From positions 1-17,167 of the forward strand of contig JAQGDQ010002038.1 of assembly GCA_030141605.1 (NCBI GenBank): a DNA stretch of 17,167 nucleotides, given 5' to 3'. The notes under the pieces were generated by a model that was given only the letters and a program-made list of their open reading frames with translations, did not search any database and was not told where the DNA came from. Made by a program: the position numbers and the translations under genes. The DNA comes from Tubiluchus corallicola. Taxonomy: Eukaryota; Animalia; Priapulida. Positions 9,724 through 17,167 of the stretch are shown piece after piece (positions within the stretch are counted from its first letter, which is position 1; every line of letters begins with the position of its first letter).

Positions 9724-10163
9724 CCTAGGAATACCAGTTTTGGTTTGCGGGATGCCCACACTGTTGCCTAGGAATACCAGGGGTCCTATAGGCTTGCGGG
9801 ATGCCCACAATGTATCTCGACACTAGGTGGAGGGGCTGCACAAAGCAGGCGGAGGAGGTCAAGTGACACAACGGCCATGTGTAGAGGAGTAAACCTTCCA
9901 ATTTATGAGTGGAGCTCCGAAGGCGGACCAGTGCAGCATGCTCATTGACCCCGGCAGCTCCTGCAGCCAACCTGGTGCCAAACGTATCGCTCCGCTTTCC
10001 TTTTTACTACACCAGGGAGGATGAGATGGGGTTCCTGCTGTCTGGGCAACTCAGGATCTCCATACACCTTGCCCAGGCGTGCGCCCCGGAGACGTTCAAG
10101 GATCGGACTCTCTTGGCGCACATTCCATTGTCTTCCGAGACAGAAGGATGTCAACAACAACAA
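9724..10163 (+). mobile_element. 5S-headed SINE, copy 2 (5'-truncated, only the 3' end of 5S retained)
   Basis: gcctaggaataccaggggtcctataggctt corresponds to the 5S 3' end. Body is homologous to copy 1 and ends in a (CAA)4 tail. Confidence 0.8.
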
Positions 10164-10339
10164 TAAGAAACAAAATACGATAAATGACAACAACGCAAAC
10201 AACCATATAATCCCACGTAGAACTTTACTGACAGCAATTTAACTTGTCCTGTTGTCAGTCAAATCAATCAGTAATGCAAAGCATAATTCAGCTGTAGGCT
10301 CGATAGCCTTAAAAGCTATCAATAATCAAATAACTTGTA

Positions 10340-10730
10340 AGAATTGAGCGTATCTGTCACTAAATAAGGACTTCAACTTTGGAATACCCTGCCATCAAAT
10401 TTAAAACAAATCAAGTCTTTCGACGAATTCAAATCAAAATTAAAAATACATACATACGTAAACGATAATATATATTCATCCACAAATTTTATTTACCCAC
10501 GTACATATTAAATTATATGTATGTATAGTATATAGTCTATTGTAATTTCCGTGTAATATTATAATGTATATTTTGTTTTAAATTTTTGGCACAGTAGTTT
10601 TTAGTTTGCACTGGACGCATTTGCCTTTAACAGTTGTGCGAATTTTATTCTCATGCTGCGATGTTCTTTTATGCTTTTATAGTTATGAATATCGATTTTT
10701 ATGGCAAATAAAGATTATTATATATATATA
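10340..10730 (+). mobile_element. CR1-group (Crack/L2-like) LINE 3' remnant, mirrored on the minus strand at 16102-16492
   Basis: GLQLWNTLPSNLKQIKSFDEFKSKLK from 10368 matches the typical LWNxLP...FKxKLK ORF2 terminus. The AT-rich UTR ends gcaaataaagattatta. Confidence 0.75.
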
Positions 10731-11075
10731 TCGTAAGTGCATAACAGGCCAAACGGACATAAAACGTATCTCTGTGTCATGAGGAAAACCAAGCAAAAAC
10801 ACCTAAGCAGGCACTTACTTACAAAATTAAAAGAAACAACGCTGTCTGTTTGAAGCTCCTTGAATTTGTTCATTAAACTTAAATTTTTAATTTCGTATTT
10901 ATTGCAGTAGACTACATGTGAGTGCATATTATATATACTGACTCCAGACTTAAAAATCAAACTTTTCGTGTTACCTGTACAACAAAAGGGTTAGTTGCAA
11001 CCTCAACCAGAGCAGTATTAACAGAACATTAAGCGAATGACTAAAACTGTCAATCACGTCGTTTTTTGATTTTAA

Positions 11076-11103
11076 TGACCTTTTCGTGACCTGTTACAGG
11101 TCA
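11076..11103. promoter_or_regulatory. Three perfect nuclear-receptor half-sites TGACCT-n5-TGACCT-n5-AGGTCA (DR5 plus ER5), mirrored at 15729-15756
   Basis: Sequence tgacct tttcg tgacct gttac aggtca read directly; function is untested. Confidence 0.4.
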
Positions 11104-11204
11104 AGAGCAGAAACGCCTTGTAGCCAAAGCACTTATGACTCCACTTGTAGCTTTAAGTATTGGCCGTTTATTAATGACAACAATGTGTAGTGTGCAGTAA
11201 GTAA

Positions 11205-13175
11205 CTTGCTCACTTGTGATGTCAAACCTTTCCCGACTGTCTCACACTGTGCTCATTTGTGATGCCCAGTCTTTCTTCACAGTCTCGCGGTGTGCTCACT
11301 TGTTGTGATGCCCTGACTTTCTTCACAGTCTCGCGGTGTGCTCACTTGTGATGCCCAATCTTTCTTCACAGTCTCACGGTGTGCTTACTTGTTGTGATGC
11401 CCAGTCTTTCTTCACAGTCTCACGGTGTGCTTACTTGTTGTGATGCCCTGTCTTTCTTCACAGTCTCACGGTGTGCTTACTTGTTGTGATGCCCAATCTT
11501 TCTTCACAGTCTCACGGTGTGCTTACTTGTTGTGATGCCCAATCTTTCTTCACAGTCTCACGCTGTGCTCACTTGCTGTGATGCCCTGTCTTTCTTCACA
11601 GTCTCACGGTGTGCTTACTTGTTGTGATGCCCAATCTTTCTTCACAGTCTCACGCTGTGCTTACTTGTTGTGATGCCCAATCTTTCTTCACAGTCTCACG
11701 CTGTGCTTACTTGTTGTGATGCCCAATCTTTCTTCACAGTCTCACGGTGTGCTTACTTGTTGTGATGCCCAATCTTTCTTCACAGTCTCACGCTGTGCTC
11801 ACTTGCTGTGATGCCCTGTCTTTCTTCACAGTCTCACGGTGTGCTTACTTGTTGTGATGCCCAATCTTTCTTCACAGTCTCACGCTGTGCTTACTTGTTG
11901 TGATGCCCTGTCTTTCTTCACAGTCTCACGCTGTGCTTACTTGTTGTGATGCCCAGTCTTTCTTCACAGTCTCACGCTGTGCTCACTTGCTGTGATGCCC
12001 TGTCTTTCTTCACAGTCTCACGGTGTGCTTACTTGTTGTGATGCCCAGTCTTTCTTCACAGTCTCACGGTGTGCTCACTTGTTGTGATGCCCAGTCTTTC
12101 TTCACAGTCTCACGGTGTGCTCACTTGTTGTGATGCCCTGTCTTTCTTCACAGTCTCGCGGTGTGCTCACTTGTGATGCCCAATCTTTCTTCACAGTCTC
12201 ACACTGTGCTCACTTGTTGTGATGCCCAATCTTTCTTCACAGTCTCGCGCTGTGCTCACTTGTTGTGATGCCCAATCTTTCTTCACAGTCTCACGCTGTG
12301 CTTACTTGTTGTGATGCCCAGTCTTTCTTCACAGTCTCACACTGTGCTCACTTGTTGTGATGCCCAATCTTTCTTCACAGTCTCACGCTGTGCTTACTTG
12401 TTGTGATGCCCAGTCTTTCTTCACAGTCTCACACTGTGCTCACTTGTTGTGATGCCCAATCTTTCTTCACAGTCTCACGCTGTGCTTACTTGTTGTGATG
12501 CCCAATCTTTCTTCACAGTCTCACGGTGTGCTTACTTGTTGTGATGCCCTGTCTTTCTTCACAGTCTCGCGCTGTGCTCACTTGTGATGCCCAGTCTTTC
12601 TTCACAGTCTCGCGCTGTGCTCACTTGTGATGCCCAGTCTTTCTTCACAGTCTCGCGCTGTGCTCACTTGTGTGATGCCCAGTCTTTCTTCACAGTCTCA
12701 CGCTGTGCTCACTTGTTGTGATGCCCAGTCTTTCTTCACAGTCTCACGATGTGCTTACTTGCTGTGATGCCCTGTCTTTCTTCACAGTCTCACGCTGTGC
12801 TCACTTGTTGTGATGCCCAGTCTTTCCTCTCAGTCTCACACTGTGCTCACTTGTTGTGATGCCCAGTCTTTCTTCACAGTCTCACGCTGTGCTTACTTGT
12901 TGTGATGCCCAATCTTTCTTCACAGTCTCACGGTGTGCTTACTTGTTGTGATGCCCAATCTTTCTTCACAGTCTCACGCTGTGCTTACTTGTTGTGATGC
13001 CCAATCTTTCTTCACAGTCTCACGGTGTGCTTACTTGTTGTGATGCCCAGTCTTTCTTCACAGTCTCACGCTGTGCTCACTTGTTGTGATGCCCTGTCTT
13101 TCTTCACAGTCTCACGGTGTGCTTTCACAGTCTCACACACTGTGTCCACATGAGTGATAGCCAGTCTTTTCTCGC
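11205..13175 (+). repeat. 46-bp minisatellite array, about 42 copies
   Basis: Consensus tgtgatgccc(aa/ag/tg)tctttcttcacagtctcacg(g/c)tgtgct(t/c)acttgt with period 46 (11531 to 11577). Occasional 43-45-bp units and degenerate edge units. Confidence 0.97.
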
Positions 13176-13239
13176 TGGTTGTAGCGAGACTTAAATATAG
13201 TTCATTATCTAGGATAATCAGCTAAAACAGGTTACTGAA

Positions 13240-13590
13240 CACTTTATAATCATAATCACAGTTTTTCTTAGTTCTCGCTCCATTTCATCTTTCATTCACT
13301 ACTTCCCCCACATTAATGTATATATTATCATTATTTCAATTATTAATCACTTCTTTAAGATTTCCACGTACAGTTTGGCCTGTCAAGCTATGCTTTTAGG
13401 CTCAAACTGTATGCATTAAAATTATTCTGTAATGTAATTTGCACATGTATATGCTGCATAAGAATCTCTTTTTAATTTCTGGATTATATTGCATTTATAT
13501 TTATATTTTCTTCAGTGAAATTATCTGTATTTTTATTATAACTGTAAGATGCAGAGTGGAAATAAATAAACTTATAACTTATAACTTAAA
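13240..13590 (+). mobile_element. Probable LINE 3' UTR remnant with terminal hairpin
   Basis: Hairpin tacagtttg-gcct...aagc-tat-gctt...aggc-t-caaactgta (13369-13411), then a T-rich UTR ending gtggaaataaataaa with a (cttataa)n tail. Confidence 0.5.
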
Positions 13591-14554
13591 ACAAGACGCA
13601 AAATAGCAGAAGTATCCTAGAACCATTCAGACACTGCTTCAACAAGAAAAAACCTAGTCAATACCATTCCCTTCTGCTTGCTTTGCAAATGGCGGCTTCC
13701 GTCAATAGTGGCAAATAGAAGCTTTATGAAATAAAAAGAATAAAATAAAAAAGATAAAAAGATAAACATGTCATTATTAATTTTAGAAGATACAACAGGG
13801 ACTACAAAAACAGATACTATGCAATACAAAAATATCAGAAACGCTACAGTAGAGCAATAAGAGAGGTTTATAAAAGCGTAAAAATCTGTTGGCTGATTAA
13901 ACGTATTCAGTGTCATGTTTATTTAGGTTTATACGCATTCAACCTATAAACAGATCTGACAATACTTAGCTTTAGGCTTATAATAATACTAAGCTAGGCT
14001 GCTAGCCTATTATACTGGCCATGGTTATGTATGTAGATATTCCTCAAACACCCGATACCGTGAATACATTGTGTAAAAGTAATTCCTTTCGCCATATTCT
14101 TAATTCTCAAAATACCTAATGGTGTTATAATGCGAATTGCCTTAGAGAAAGGATTAGGCATTACGTGGTTTTGTCGTTATAGATGATTACAAGTAACAGA
14201 ATCTTGCGCTGTTGCACATTGTAAAAGGACTTCGTGTAATAGTAAACGCATTTTAAATGGCTTCCCCCATTGAAAGCATTAAGCAAGTCTACTGATGTTA
14301 GATAAGCATCTTCTTCTATGCGACACCGGTGCGCTTAATCTGATATACATACATATATGTGCTCCTCTTATGCTAGAACCCTGTAATAAATTAATTATTA
14401 TAACGGTTCGCATTATGATAATGCACACGCATCAATCTGCTTAAAATTACCGCTTCCATTTAGCACCCCACATGCGGGCAAGTTTTCTGATAACAGCATT
14501 TCGAATTTATACTCTTCTTCTTGATTTATGATTTAATACTCGTGTCGAGAGAGA

Positions 14555-15401
14555 TAGCGAGCAAAAGAATGGGTATCACAAGTGAGCACAGTGTGAGAAA
14601 GTGAGAAAAGATTTGACGTCATAACAAGTAAGCGAAGTGTGAGACTGAGAGGAAATATTGAACAGCACAAGTGAGCAGAGTGTGAGAAAGTGAGAAAAGA
14701 TTGGACATCATAACAAGTAAGCGAAGTGTGAGACTGAGAGGAAATACTGAACATCACAAGTGAGCACAGTGTGAGAAAGTGAAGAAACCAAACAAACAAC
14801 AAAAGACTGGACATCATAACAAGTAAGCACAGGGTGAGACTGAGAGGAAATACTGAACACACAACAAGTGAGCACAGTGTGAGAAAGTAAGAAAGATTGG
14901 ACATCATAACAAGTAAGCAAAGTGTGAGACTGAGAGGAAATACTGAACATCACAAGTGAGCACAGTGTGAGAAAGTGAGAAAAGATTGGACATCATAACA
15001 AGTAAGCGAAGTGTGAGACTGAGAGGATATACTGAACATCACAAGTGAGCACAGTGTGAGAAAGTGAGAAAAGATTGGACATCATAACAAGTAAGCCAAG
15101 TGTGAGACTGAGAGGAAATACTGAACATCACAAGTGAGCACAGTGTGAGAAAGTGAGAAAAGATTGGACGTGATAACAAGTAAGCCAGGTGTGAGACTGA
15201 GAGGAAATACTCAACATCACAAGTGAGTACGGTGTGAGACTGAGAGGAAATACTCAACATCACAAGTGAGTACAGTGTGAGTCTGAGAGGAAATGCTCAA
15301 CATCACAAGTGAGCATAGTGTGAGAAAGTGAGAAAAGATTGGACATCATAATAAGTAAGCGAAGTGTGAGACTGAGAGGAAATACTGAACATCACAACAA
15401 G
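14555..15401 (-). repeat. Related minisatellite array in opposite orientation, 89-bp (43+46) dimeric higher-order repeat
   Basis: catcacaagtgagcac... recurs at 14948, 15037 and 15126 (period 89). Both subunits align to the reverse complement of the 46-bp monomer but carry diagnostic differences. Confidence 0.93.
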
Positions 15402-16683
15402 GCACACCGTGAGACTGTGAAGAAAGACTGGGCATCACAACAAGTAAGCACACCGTGAGACTGTGAAGAAAGATTGGGCATCACAAGTGAGCACACCGCG
15501 AGACTGTGAAGAAAGTCAGGGCATCACAACAAGTGAGCACACCGCGAGACTGTGAAGAAAGACTGGGCATCACAAATGAGCACAGTGTGAGACAGTCGGG
15601 AAAGGTTTGACATCACAAGTGAGCAAGTTACTTACTGCACACTACACATTGTTGTCATTAATAAACGGCCAAGACTTAAAGCTACAAGTGGAGTCATAAG
15701 TGCTTTGGCTACAAGGCGTTTCTGCTCTTGACCTGTAACAGGTCACGAAAAGGTCATTAAAATCAAAAAACGACGTGATTGACAGTTTTAGTCATTCGCT
15801 TAATGTTCTGTTAATACTGCTCTGGTTGAGGTTGCAACTAACCCTTTTGTTGTACAGGTAACACGAAAAGTTTGATTTTTAAGTCTGGAGTCAGTATATA
15901 TAATATGCACTCACATGTAGTCTACTGCAATAAATACGAAATTAAAAATTTAAGTTTAATGAACAAATTCAAGGAGCTTCAAACAGACAGCGTTGTTTCT
16001 TTTAATTTTGTAAGTAAGTGCCTGCTTAGGTGTTTTTGCTTGGTTTTCCTCATGACACAGAGATACGTTTTATGTCCGTTTGGCCTGTTATGCACTTACG
16101 ATATATATATATAATAATCTTTATTTGCCATAAAAATCGATATTCATAACTATAAAAGCATAAAAGAACATCGCAGCCTGAGAATAAAATTCGCACAACT
16201 GTTAAAGGCAAATGCGTCCAGTGCAAACTAAAAACTACTGTGCCAAAAATTTAAAACAAAATATACATTATAATATTGCACGGAAATTATAATAGACTAT
16301 ATACAATACATACATATAATTTAATATGTACGTGGGTAAATAAAATTTGTGGATGAATATATATTATCGTTTACGTATGTATGTATTTTTAATTTTGATT
16401 TGAATTCGTCGAAAGACTTGATTTGTTTTAAATTTGATGGCAGGGTATTCCAAAGTTGAACTCCTTGTTTAGTGACAGATACGCTCAGTTCTTACAGGTT
16501 ATTTGATTATTGATAGCTTTTAAGGCTGTCGAGCCTACAGCTGAATTATGCTTTGCATTCCTGATTGATTTGACTGACAACAGGACAAGTTAAATTCCTG
16601 TCAGTAATGTTCTACGTGGGATTATATGGTTGTTTGCGTTGTTGTCATTTATCGTATTTTGTTTCTTATTGTTGTTGTTGACA
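15402..16683 (-). repeat. Right arm of the 1282-bp inverted duplication
   Basis: Reverse complement of 10149-11430; the same 80-aa ORF appears at 10718-10960(-) and 15872-16114(+). Confidence 0.97.
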
Positions 16684-17167
16684 CCCATAGGCAATATTCT
16701 TTCTTGCTTACTGATCCGCAAACTACTAGTGTTAGATGCGAGTGTGTCATATTCTGACCTGGGCCTGGCACGAACATATTTTAAATTTTAATTCACATTA
16801 ACTGATTTTCACGCACTAATACTCATTCTTAGACTGGCTATACCAGGGGTGTGCAAATTATCTGACTAGCCGGGCTACATTAAACTTTCCCGCAATTCCT
16901 GCGGGCCACAGGCAGTTTGATCAAGGAGCCAAGTACAGAAAGGCATAATAATGATTTTTTTGCATCCGACCTGCGTACATCATTGCTACTACACTCAATA
17001 AACTATTTTAGAAGTTATTAAAATTTATATTACAAACCATATATTTCTACTTTCAGGACAGATAGTGGTAATTCCATTACAATGCATATTAGTAATGTGT
17101 ATCACACAGTCTGTGTAGTACAGTGACATTAAGCCACAACCGTCTTGTAAGGGTTAATGGCATCCGA
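16682..17167 (+). repeat. Second copy of 6608-7094, including the left end of the hAT MITE and its flank
   Basis: Direct match that includes about 160 bp of non-MITE flank, so this is a segmental duplication rather than a second transposition. Confidence 0.97.

Larger units (their letters stand above)
10149..11430 (+). repeat. Left arm of a 1282-bp inverted duplication
   Basis: Reverse complement of 15402-16683 with no indels (paired coordinates sum to 26832); about 13 substitutions by manual count. Confidence 0.97.

Noticed and set aside
10718-10960. 80-aa ORF present twice with identical sequence
   Set aside because: The identity reflects the inverted duplication; it has a non-ATG start and no recognisable domain.
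11205-13175. CRISPR array
   Set aside because: Units are head-to-tail with no unique spacers, there are no cas genes, and the context is eukaryotic.
14533-15263. Hydrophobic repetitive ORFs on the minus strand
   Set aside because: They are frames through the 89-bp satellite; the period is not a multiple of 3.
10149-16683. Single foldback transposon with 1.3-kb TIRs
   Set aside because: No TSD; the arm starts in a SINE tail and contains a LINE remnant; the right end is fused to a duplicated segment; no transposase is present.

Overview
AT-rich, repeat-dense animal (probably invertebrate) nuclear DNA. The only convincing gene is a minus-strand Golgi carbohydrate sulfotransferase of the HNK-1ST/CHST11/CHST14 family (5103-6296, one coding exon). 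The rest is mostly mobile and repetitive DNA: a PIF/Harbinger-type MITE with internal 83-bp repeats, a bipartite non-autonomous RTE retroposon with a 13-bp TSD, a hAT/Charlie MITE, two copies of a 5S-rRNA-headed SINE, several LINE 3' remnants, compound microsatellites, and two related minisatellite arrays (46-bp monomer and 89-bp dimer) in opposite orientation. The most striking structure is in the right half: 10149-11430 recurs inverted at 15402-16683 and is immediately followed by a direct copy of 6608-7094+. One junction lies inside the inverted minisatellites and the other has 2-bp microhomology, which is the layout expected of a DUP-TRP/INV-DUP template-switch rearrangement. All alignments and counts were done by eye; family assignments are from recalled motifs, not database searches.
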